From NCBI GenBank assembly GCA_963700275.1, contig CAVOWZ010000001.1, forward strand, positions 344,151 through 408,150: a stretch of 64,000 nucleotides of DNA, read 5' to 3'. Under the pieces are notes generated by a model. It ran no database searches and was not told where the DNA came from. It worked only from the letters and a program-made list of their open reading frames with translations. The position numbers were made by a program, and so were the translations under genes. The DNA is from an uncultured Bacteroidales bacterium (GTDB taxonomy: Bacteria > Bacteroidota > Bacteroidia > Bacteroidales > VadinHA17). Shown here in pieces: positions 9,049-17,895 of this stretch (position 1 is its first letter; each line of letters begins with the position of its first letter).

Positions 9049-9190
9049 AAAAGACAAAAGACAAAAGGATAAAGATACAAGTCAGTCAGTTACATCATAT
9101 CATTATTTCTTTCGTCTTAAAATGATTTTTTAATTTATTTTTGATAATGTTTGATACCTTTTGTCTTCAAAACTTTTGTCTTTTGTCTTT
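9049..9190. repeat. Long imperfect inverted repeat built from aaagacaaa words
   Basis: Left arm aaaagacaaaagacaaaagg, right arm ccttttgtcttcaaaacttttgtcttttgtcttt, with an AT-rich centre. The same word family occurs at 26296-26427. Confidence 0.75.
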
Positions 9191-9229
9191 CCTGAAATTG
9201 ATGAATTAAACAAATTTTAAATATTTACC

Positions 9230-11798
9230 ATGGAACCCAAAAAAAATCAGGAGAATAAAATGAATCTTTCGCGGAGGACCTTTTTAGGACAGGCTGCTGC
9301 AGGAAGCGCTGTCGTAATGCTTGGTCCGGTTAATTCAGTATTCGGTAGTCAAATTCAGGATGCCACGAGCTGGCCGGCAGGAGCCTCGGATTTCCGTGTC
9401 CATATGATTGGACATGCACATATCGATCCCGTATGGCTCTGGCCGTGGCCGGAAGGTATGTCTGTTGCCTACAGCACTTTCAGATCAGCGCTGGACCGAA
9501 TGAATGAGACTCCGGATTTCACTTTTACCGCCAGTTCTGCACAGTTTTACCAGTGGATAGCTGATAATGATCCGCTGATGCTGAAAGAGATCAAAAAACG
9601 GGTGGATGAAGGGCGATGGAATGTTGTCGGAGGATGGTGGATCGAACCTGATGTAAATATTCCATCAGGTGAGGCTCTTGTAAGACAGGGTCTCTATGGT
9701 CAGCTTACTTTCCAGCGCCTGCTGGGCCACAGGGCAAAAGTGGCATGTAATCCGGATTCTTTCGGACACACGGGGACATTACCTCAGATTATCAGGGGAC
9801 AGGGCATGGAGAATTATATTTTCATGCGGCCGGGCATCCTGGAAAAAACACTTCCTGCCGATCTTTTCTGGTGGGAAGGTCCGGACGGATCACGTGTACT
9901 TACATACAGGATCCCGATAAGCTATAATGATACCGGATCTGTGAGGAAGCGGGTGAATGACACCCTTGCCCAGTTCAGGGATCAGCCGGTGAAGAAATTC
10001 ATGGCTTATTACGGTGCAGGTGATCATGGAGGAGGCGCAACAAAAGAAAATATCCGTTCCATAAATGAACTGAAAACCGAAAAAGGAGCTCCGCTGATAT
10101 TCTACAGTACAACCGACAGATATTTCAATGAAATAAGGGCGGATAAAAGTATTAATCTTCCGGTGGTCAGTGATGATCTCCAGCATCATGCAACAGGATG
10201 CTACACGGCAGAATCAGAGATAAAGAAAGGGTAACCGTCAGTCCGAAGCTGCCCTGGTAACCGCAGAGAAAATTTCAGCCATAGGTTCCATGGCATGGGG
10301 AGCAAAATATCCGATGAAGGAATTAACCTCCGCGTGGCAAAAAGTGCTTTTCCTCCAGTTCCACGACAGCCTTGCCGGAACATCAGTACCGGAACACAGC
10401 CAGCATGCCCGCGAAGGCTATGGCTTTGCACTCGAAACGGCACACCAGGCAGCATATTTTGCTGTTCAGAAGCTGGAAAGCATGGTGGCTTCCGAAGATC
10501 CCGAATCACAGTATCTGCTTGCATTTAATCCGAATGCATGGGAGGTTACAGGAAATATAGAATATGATTTTTCCTGGAATATCAAAAACACTTCAAAGGT
10601 GGAGGATGAATCAGGAAAATCCTTACTTCACCAATGGATTGCCGGATCAACCGAAACAGGCAACCGTACAAGGCTCGTTGCCAAAGTCAGTCTGCCGGCG
10701 CTGGGTTATCGTCAGATCAGGATATCAAAGGGAGAAACTGCATCAATTGCGGATGCGGTCATTGTTAAGGAAAAGCTGCTCGAAAATGATTTCCTGAGAG
10801 TGTCTTTTTCATTTTCAGGCGCATTATCAATATTTGATAAAAAAGCCGGCAGGGAAGTTTTTGCCGGAAAAGATACCGGTTGCAGGGCATTGATCATCAA
10901 TGATCCAAGTGACACATGGAGCCATAACATCAAAACTTTTTCGGAAGAGATAGGCGCCTTCGGAAATGCTACTTTCAAAATTCTGGAAAACGGACCATTG
11001 CGCGGAGCAATCCGGGTAATCACAACCTATGGCAATTCATCACTCACAACAGACTGGTTTCTTACCTCGGGTTCCGGAATGCTCGAAGCAAGAGTCTCCC
11101 TGAACTGGCATGAACGTCTTAAGATGCTTAAATTCTCATTCCCGGTAAATGTTGAATCGCCGGTTGCCACATACGAAACACCTTACGGAAACATAGAAAG
11201 GAAAACAAACGGCGACGAAGATCCCGGACAAAGATGGATTGATGTCAGCGGAAAAAACAATGGAAACACCTGCGGCTTCTGCCTCTTCAATGATGCAAAA
11301 TATGGTTACAGTGTCCATGGGAATGATCTCAGGCTTTCAGTTGCCCGGTCTGCAGTATTTGCACATCACGATCCCAAAGTGCTGGATATGAAGGCTGAGC
11401 ACATATGGATGGACCAGGGCATTCAAACATTCCGGATGGTTATTGCTCCTCACAAGGGTGACTGGAAGAATAACAGCATTGTAAGGACGGCTGAAGAACT
11501 GCATGCTCCCCCGGTGGCAATATACCAGGGTATTCATGGCGGAAAACTGCCAAAATCAAATTCATTCCTGTCAGCGGATCCGGAAAATGTAATGGTATCA
11601 TCCATAAAGCTTGCCGAAACCAATGATGATCTTGTAATTCGCTGTGTTGAAACAGAAGGCCTGGCCTCAGATGCAACGATCGATCTGAAAATTGCAGGAA
11701 AAAAATGGCAGGGAAAATTCAAGCCTTATGAAATAAAAACATTACGGCTGAACCGTAAATCGGGGCAGATCAGGGAAGTAAATTTGTTGGAAGAGTAA
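9230..11798 (+). pseudogene. GH38 alpha-mannosidase with a Tat-type signal, interrupted by one frameshift near 10229-10232
   Basis: N-terminal part has SRRTFLG and HAHIDPVWLW. The C-terminal ORF continues the GH38 central and C-terminal domains. Removing one g from aaagggtaac gives ...EIKKGNRQSEAALVTAEKISAIGSMAWGAKYP in one frame. Confidence 0.8.
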
Positions 11799-11800
11799 TA

Positions 11801-11904
11801 AACCTCTGTGGAACTCTGTGAATCCTCAGTGTAACTCTGTGTAATAAAAAGAAATATAAGAACTTACACAGAGGTCCACAGAGGTTTCACAGAGGGACAC
11901 AGAG
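11801..11904. repeat. Imperfect long hairpin built from ctctgtg words between convergent genes (probable bidirectional terminator)
   Basis: Left arm aacctctgtggaactctgtgaatcctcagtgtaactctgtgtaa pairs with right arm ttacacagaggtccacagaggtttcacagagggacacagag. Confidence 0.7.
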
Positions 11905-11923
11905 AAAACAAAGAGAGAGAGGT

Positions 11924-13609
11924 TTATTTGGGGCTGGCTAATACTCTCCGCTCCCGAATCTTCAGATCTTTTATTATGATAAGCTCCTCAAGTATAAGCA
12001 GCATGTCATGGTTGGAAGGTGAGGAAATTGTTAGCATATTACCATCCTCGATACCGCTGCCTGTTGAATATTCGTTTTTGACAGGATCAAACCATCTGAC
12101 TGTATAATTATGGTTTTCGGGCTTTCTTATTCTGATTGTTTGTTTTACAGGAAGATAAGCCAATACAGTCTTATTATCCGGCGTTTTCACAACTGATACA
12201 AATTCATTGAATACCTTGTCGCCGGGTTGATCTGCAAGTAATTCCTGTGCAGGATAAAAGTTCCACCATGCAAATTTCGTAATAAAACCTGCAAGATATC
12301 CTGACTGGATTGAACCCGGCAAGTTTATACTTACATCCCATGTTGAGGTCCAGGGCGCATCGGTGTGGTTCAGTATTTTTTCGCCTTTTCTTATCCAGGG
12401 CCAGATCCCGTTAGCACCATAGGTAATTCCTGCTATCGGAGTTGCAAAAAGGCTCCAGTAACAGGCGTTACGCACGTCTTTGTCGGTAATGGATGTCCGG
12501 ATCTCCTCATAATTGGGTTCGAGGTTTATCAGAGGACGCGGAGGAAGATTTGCCCACATTTTGCTCATCGGGCCTTTAGTTATCCAGTTGACCGTGCCTT
12601 CTGCATTGCTGTGGCTGCTCTGATAGCCGATAATATTAAGCCATGGTTCATCTTTATAGATCTCTCCTATCCACGATCTTCCCTGTGGATGCTGAGCAAC
12701 TATCCCCTGTTGTTTCCCGTCAAAAACGGCCCGGCCGATAGTTTTCCAGCGTTGTTCATAGGTGCCTGTATAGTTGCCGTCACCGCCAAGTAACCACACC
12801 ACATGATTGGCACCATACCTGGCAACAATATATTTTGCCAGCAATATCGCCTGGTCGTCAGGCAGGTAATAACCCGGACTCAATTCCCTTCCTGCTCCGC
12901 TCTGCAGAGTCCACAAAACGACGGGAGCTGCAACAAGCCCGTATTCATTTACCCTGTCAATCTTTCCGTCGATAAGTCTGAAGAACTCGGGATTGATACT
13001 TATTCTTCCGCTTCCTTCAAATGCGACAAGTCCTTCGCTGCTTTTATCACAACCTCTCCATTGGGTTGTTACAAGCTGTATGGCGGTATAGTTGTTGACT
13101 ACACGTTGCTTAAGATACTGATCCCATTCTTCGTCGGTCGATTTCAGAGCGCCGTTCCATGCAGTACAGGCAAGCCAGAAAAAGGGAGTCCCGTCCGAAT
13201 GGGTGAGATGAAAAGTTCCTTTCGGGTTGATCACAGGTCCATGCCTGTATATAGCATTGGTCTCATTAATAGAGTGTTTGCAAAGAAATGTGCCTTTTTT
13301 ACCGTGCAGTCCCTCATTTTTTAAATCCGAACATATAGTCTCATAGCTCCATCTGCCTGCCTCGTCAGGCATAAACCGCACCTTCCAGAGTGTTCCGCCG
13401 TCCCAGAATCCGTTAACAGTCTTCATTATTCCTGTCGGAGAAGTAAAGTTTACTTCGAATGTTCTGACCTGCTGAACAGGATTTTCATAGGAGCTAGTGC
13501 TTGTGAAACTGATTTCGTATTTATGCCATTTCAGGGATTCACTTTCCTGGGCATTAGTAGTAAATGACATCGATGCTGATAAAATAACAAACATTAATTT
13601 TTTCATCAT
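11924..13609 (-). CDS. Secreted glycoside hydrolase, DUF5060 + DUF4038 (GH140-like)
   Basis: Signal peptide, an N-terminal beta-sandwich-like WHKYEISF...GFWDGG...W, then a GTPFFWLACTAW...TAIQLV catalytic-barrel-like region. Confidence 0.6.
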   Translation of the reverse strand: MMKKLMFVILSASMSFTTNAQESESLKWHKYEISFTSTSSYENPVQQVRTFEVNFTSPTGIMKTVNGFWDGGTLWKVRFMPDEAGRWSYETICSDLKNEGLHGKKGTFLCKHSINETNAIYRHGPVINPKGTFHLTHSDGTPFFWLACTAWNGALKSTDEEWDQYLKQRVVNNYTAIQLVTTQWRGCDKSSEGLVAFEGSGRISINPEFFRLIDGKIDRVNEYGLVAAPVVLWTLQSGAGRELSPGYYLPDDQAILLAKYIVARYGANHVVWLLGGDGNYTGTYEQRWKTIGRAVFDGKQQGIVAQHPQGRSWIGEIYKDEPWLNIIGYQSSHSNAEGTVNWITKGPMSKMWANLPPRPLINLEPNYEEIRTSITDKDVRNACYWSLFATPIAGITYGANGIWPWIRKGEKILNHTDAPWTSTWDVSINLPGSIQSGYLAGFITKFAWWNFYPAQELLADQPGDKVFNEFVSVVKTPDNKTVLAYLPVKQTIRIRKPENHNYTVRWFDPVKNEYSTGSGIEDGNMLTISSPSNHDMLLILEELIIIKDLKIRERRVLASPK

Positions 13610-13704
13610 ATTTATAAAATATTGCGACTTCTTTGTGTTCCTTTGTATAACAGGGTCATCGTGGTATAAAAATAAGATTTATTAAGAACTCAAAAGCTAT
13701 TTCA

Positions 13705-14412
13705 GTGAAAAATATACTTGATGAGATTAAGGCGGAAATAATAAAAAATGCCGATGAAAAGACAAGGTTATCCGGTGAAAGATTCTTTAAGGAGCATGTA
13801 AAAATCCACGGGCTTAAATCAGCTCAGATTAATCTGATTGCCCGTGAATTCTACAGGAAATTACCCGACAGGAACAGATTAAATGTTCTGGATCTATGTG
13901 AAGAATTATGGCAATCGGGGTACCTTGAAGAAACGGGCATAGCCTGTATATGGTCCTATAATATAAGGAAAGAATATCTTCCTGAAGATATCAGGGTTTT
14001 CGAAAGATGGGTGAGGGAATATGTAACCAACTGGGCATCATGTGATACACTATGTAATCATACTATCGGGACCTTTATTGAAATGTATCCTTCATATCTG
14101 GCTGAACTGAAAAAATGGACAATGTCAGAAAACCGCTGGGTTAAACGTGCTTCTGCCGTCTCCCTCATTGTTCCTGCAAGAAGGGGCAAATTTCTTAAAG
14201 ATATATTTGAAATTGCCGGTTTACTTCACTCCGATCCCGATGATATGGTACAGAAGGGCTATGGCTGGATGCTGAAGGCTGCAAGTCAGGCTCATCAAAA
14301 GGAAGTATTTGATTATGTCATGAAGAAAAAGGCCACAATGCCGAGGACGGCCCTGAGGTATGCTATCGAAAAGATGCCGGCAGATCTTAAGGCGAAGGCG
14401 ATGGCAAGGTGA
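13705..14412 (+). CDS. DNA alkylation repair protein (AlkD-like HEAT-repeat family)
   Basis: 235 aa. WASCDTLCNH, WVKRASAVSLI and GYGWMLK motifs. GTG start. Confidence 0.7.
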   Translation: MKNILDEIKAEIIKNADEKTRLSGERFFKEHVKIHGLKSAQINLIAREFYRKLPDRNRLNVLDLCEELWQSGYLEETGIACIWSYNIRKEYLPEDIRVFERWVREYVTNWASCDTLCNHTIGTFIEMYPSYLAELKKWTMSENRWVKRASAVSLIVPARRGKFLKDIFEIAGLLHSDPDDMVQKGYGWMLKAASQAHQKEVFDYVMKKKATMPRTALRYAIEKMPADLKAKAMAR

Positions 14413-14422
14413 GGGGTGAGGG

Positions 14423-14740
14423 CATTGCCGTCAACCTTAGGAGTTTTGGGGACAATAGTTTCCCCTCCTTTTTTTAGGGAGGGGTGGCCAGACTACAAAA
14501 TCATCTGACGTGCAGAAATATAAATGGTCTGGCCGGGGTGGTTGATTTAAGTCTGAGAAATTAGTCCTCTTCTGATGAATCCGTTTCAACCACCCCGGCC
14601 GGGAAAGTAGAATTGTAAACATTCTAAAATCAGCAATCCCGGCCACCCCTCCTTTAAAAGGAGGGGAAACTTATTTGTTTATAAAACAGATAATTACAGT
14701 AGTTCTCATTATCAAAATATTCCTTAAGTTGACGGTTATG
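14423..14740 (+). mobile_element. MITE-like nested-palindrome element, copy B
   Basis: Collinear with copy A over its full length (by eye roughly 85-90 percent identical). TIRs cattgccgtcaacc / agttgacggttatg. Confidence 0.85.
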
Positions 14741-14789
14741 GGGGCAAGGGGTTGGGTTTTTATTAACTTTGTAAACAAATTTTAGCGAG

Positions 14790-16478
14790 ATGAAAGGATT
14801 TCTTACCTTATTCCTATTATTGGTTATGACTGCAGTTTCATATTCACAGAACAGGATCACAGGCCGTGATTTTGCAACCAGGTCGGAAGTAATTGCAAAG
14901 AATGGAATGGCTGCAACAAGCCAGCCCCTTGCAACCCAGGTTGCCCTTGATATACTTAAAAAGGGTGGTAATGCTATTGATGCTGCGATAGCGGCCAATG
15001 CTGTACTCGGACTGGTTGAACCCACAGGCTGCGGGATGGGAGGTGATCTTTTTGCACTGATATGGAGTGCCAACAAGAAAAAGCTCTATGGGCTTAATGC
15101 CAGCGGACGGTCTCCCCGCTCCCTGAAACTTGAATATTTTGAAAAAAACAATTATGAGTTCATTCCGTCATACGGGCCTTTGCCGGTATCTGTTCCGGGA
15201 TGTGTGGACGGCTGGTTTGAGATGCACGATATGTTCGGACGACTTCCCATGAGAGATATCCTTCAACCGGCTATAAACTATGCAATTGAGGGATTCCCGG
15301 TAACGGAAGTAATAGCATATTATATTGACAGGAATACCAAAGCATTACAGGAATATCCGAACATAAAAGATGTTTATATGCCGGGAGGAAAAGCTCCGGC
15401 AAAAGGCGAGATCTTTAAGAATCCATTGCTCGCGAATACACTTGAGAAGATTGTCAAAGGAGGCCGGAATGAGTTTTACAGAGGAAGTATTGCAAGGGAT
15501 ATTGCGGCATTCATGAAAAAACAGGGAGGATTTCTTACATATGATGACATGTCGAGACATCATTCAGAATGGATTGAACCGGTAAGCACAATATACCGGG
15601 GATATGAAGTGTGGGAACTTCCTCCGAACGGCCAGGGAATTGCAGCGCTTCAGATTTTGAACATCCTCGAAGGATTTAATATTTCAGAAATGGATTTTGG
15701 TTCTTCGGAATATATTCATCATTTTACGGAAGCCAAAAAACTTGCATTTGAGGACAGGGCAAAATATTATACTGATCCTCTTTTCAGTGCCGTGCCGGTT
15801 GAACAGCTTATCTCGAAAAAATATGCTGCCGAAAGGCGGAAACTCATCAATCCTGACAAAGCTGCAAATGTCTTTGATGCCGGAGTGATTGAGGCGGGGA
15901 ATACAATCTATTTAACCGTTGCAGACAGATTCGGGAACATGGTATCTCTCATCCAGAGCAATTACAGGGGAATGGGTTCAGGTATGTGCCCCACAGGTCT
16001 GGGTTTTGTTCTTCAGGACAGGGGTGAAATGTTCAGTCTGGCGGAAGGGCATGCAAATGTATATGCTCCGGGGAAAAGACCTTTTCATACAATTATCCCT
16101 GCCTTTATTACCCGTAACGGAAAACCATATATCAGTTTCGGGGTAATGGGCGGAGATATGCAGCCTCAGGGCCATGTACAGATCGTAGTAAACCTCATAG
16201 ATTTCAAAATGAACCTTCAGGAAGCAGGTGACGCTCCACGTATTTATCATACAGGATCATCCGAACCGACAGGACAGCAAATGACCAACGGAGGGATCCT
16301 CATGCTTGAGAGCGGGTTCAGACCGGAGGTTGTTCATAAACTGCTGTCTATGGGTCATAAGATGCAGTGGAACCTTGGCGGCTTCGGGGGATACCAGGCA
16401 ATAATGTGGGACGAAAAGAACAAGGTCTACTACGGAGCCTCCGAATCGAGGAAGGATGGACAGGCGGCGGGCTACTAA
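14790..16478 (+). CDS. ggt: Gamma-glutamyltransferase
   Basis: 562 aa with a signal peptide. GGNAIDAA, the autoprocessing-site context GNTIYLTV, and PGKRPFHTIIP. Confidence 0.9.
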   Translation: MKGFLTLFLLLVMTAVSYSQNRITGRDFATRSEVIAKNGMAATSQPLATQVALDILKKGGNAIDAAIAANAVLGLVEPTGCGMGGDLFALIWSANKKKLYGLNASGRSPRSLKLEYFEKNNYEFIPSYGPLPVSVPGCVDGWFEMHDMFGRLPMRDILQPAINYAIEGFPVTEVIAYYIDRNTKALQEYPNIKDVYMPGGKAPAKGEIFKNPLLANTLEKIVKGGRNEFYRGSIARDIAAFMKKQGGFLTYDDMSRHHSEWIEPVSTIYRGYEVWELPPNGQGIAALQILNILEGFNISEMDFGSSEYIHHFTEAKKLAFEDRAKYYTDPLFSAVPVEQLISKKYAAERRKLINPDKAANVFDAGVIEAGNTIYLTVADRFGNMVSLIQSNYRGMGSGMCPTGLGFVLQDRGEMFSLAEGHANVYAPGKRPFHTIIPAFITRNGKPYISFGVMGGDMQPQGHVQIVVNLIDFKMNLQEAGDAPRIYHTGSSEPTGQQMTNGGILMLESGFRPEVVHKLLSMGHKMQWNLGGFGGYQAIMWDEKNKVYYGASESRKDGQAAGY

Positions 16479-16535
16479 GCTAGGGCTGGCAAAGCAAAAC
16501 GCAGAGCGCAGGGTTTAGACCTGAGGCTTGAGAGC

Positions 16536-17056
16536 CTAGCCGTCAGACTAAGGAGTTTTGGGGATAAAAGTTTGAACAATTTCGGGTTCCTGAAACACAA
16601 ACCTGTTCTCGAACCTTAGAACAGTGAATCCCAATGCTTCAAGATATTTGTCCCTGGTAATATCTTTCAGGATCTGTATTGAATCCCCATGAGGATCTCC
16701 ATCAAGTTCAATTATCAGCTTTTCTGATGGACAATAGAAATCAACTATATAATTACCGATACTTTGCTGTCTTCTGAATTTTCTTCCTTCAAGATTCTTT
16801 GACTTTAGGTATTTCCATAAAACAGATTCAGCAGAAGTGGACTTATTTCTCAGATATGTTCTGAGCGGTTTGAGACTTTTTCGGTTGAAGAGGTGATTGT
16901 TATCCATTAAAATAAAAGTAATAAGAAAATAGATCAACCACCCCGGCCAGAAAATTTATATTTCTGCACGTTAGATGATTTTGTGGTCTGGCCACCCCTC
17001 CTTAAAAAAAGGAGGGGAAACTTTTGTGCCCAAAACTACGTAGGTTTACGGATATG
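16536..17056 (-). mobile_element. Gene-bearing (putatively autonomous) member of the MITE family, copy C
   Basis: Same TIRs and 5' hairpin module as copies A, B, E and F, but it encloses the DUF559 ORF. The ORF stop and last codons lie inside the TIR. Confidence 0.75.
16548..16907 (-). CDS. DUF559 endonuclease-domain protein (Vsr / PD-(D/E)xK-like fold)
   Basis: LRNKSTSAESVLWKYLK...YIVDFYCPSEKLIIELDGDPH...VLRF is the DUF559 signature. ATG at 16907 preferred over the TTG at 16937, which lies in the hairpin module. Confidence 0.85.
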   Translation of the reverse strand: MDNNHLFNRKSLKPLRTYLRNKSTSAESVLWKYLKSKNLEGRKFRRQQSIGNYIVDFYCPSEKLIIELDGDPHGDSIQILKDITRDKYLEALGFTVLRFENRFVFQEPEIVQTFIPKTP

Positions 17057-17164
17057 GTACTGGGAGGGGAAGGGGGTGGGTTTTTAGCGCAGGGCTGTGA
17101 GCGATGAGCAATAAGTAGTGAGATTATTTCAGCCCCAGCAGATCCATAATCCCGTTAATGAAGG

Positions 17165-17878
17165 TCAGCGGATGGCAGGGATTTCCCGGAACAAACAAAT
17201 CAATATGAGTTTATCGATAAAGTCCCTATTGATGGCCGGAGAATCTGCGAACATTCCTCCGCTGATGGCATCTGTTCCTGCAAGAATGATGATCTTAGGT
17301 TCGGGAACTGCATCCCAGGTTATCTGTAATGCTTCTGACATATTCTCAGTTACCGGACCGGTTATAACTATACCGTCAGCATGCCGGGGAGAAGCAACAA
17401 ATTCAATACCGTAACGTCCCATATCGAAATTCACATTTCCGGCAGCATTCAGTTCCATCTCGCAGGAATTGTCACCACCGGCCGAAACCTGTCTGAGTTT
17501 TAGTGATCGTTTAAATAACTTTCTGACCTCTTTCCTTATCAGTTCCTCATTCAGCCTCAGGGGATTTTCATCCCCGGGATGGATGATCAGTCCGTTTCGT
17601 GTATTTGCCGATATCCTGAAATCGTTAGTAAATCTGATCTTCCCCGGACATACAAAAGAACACTCCCGGCAAAAGACGCACCGTCCGAGATCAATTGACC
17701 CTGATTCCGGATCTATTGCTCCTGACGGACACAAAGATGAGACCTTCCTGATATCATCTTTACTGATATCGCGTTCAATTACCGGCTGTCCCCGGAATAA
17801 TGGTGATACAGGCTGGGTGCGAAGGTTTTTCACATATTGTACGCCATGACTTTTAATGACTTTTATTCCTCTAAGCAT
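17165..17878 (-). CDS. NuoB/HycG-like small subunit with an N-terminal ferredoxin-like segment, and atypical cluster ligands
   Basis: CVFCRECSFVCP (one 4Fe-4S motif), then the NuoB-like core ASPRHADGIVITGPVT. See the finding on Cys-to-Asp changes. Confidence 0.8.
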   Translation of the reverse strand: MLRGIKVIKSHGVQYVKNLRTQPVSPLFRGQPVIERDISKDDIRKVSSLCPSGAIDPESGSIDLGRCVFCRECSFVCPGKIRFTNDFRISANTRNGLIIHPGDENPLRLNEELIRKEVRKLFKRSLKLRQVSAGGDNSCEMELNAAGNVNFDMGRYGIEFVASPRHADGIVITGPVTENMSEALQITWDAVPEPKIIILAGTDAISGGMFADSPAINRDFIDKLILICLFREIPAIR

Positions 17879-17895
17879 CGGAAGGTTCTTAAAAA

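Noticed and set aside
14437-14646. 69-aa ORF (and its look-alike at 59425-59634), which appear to be a conserved small-protein family
   Set aside because: Both lie entirely inside MITE copies. Their similarity is DNA-level repeat identity. The apparent ...IPKT* ending is a by-product of the TIR mirroring the DUF559 C-terminus.
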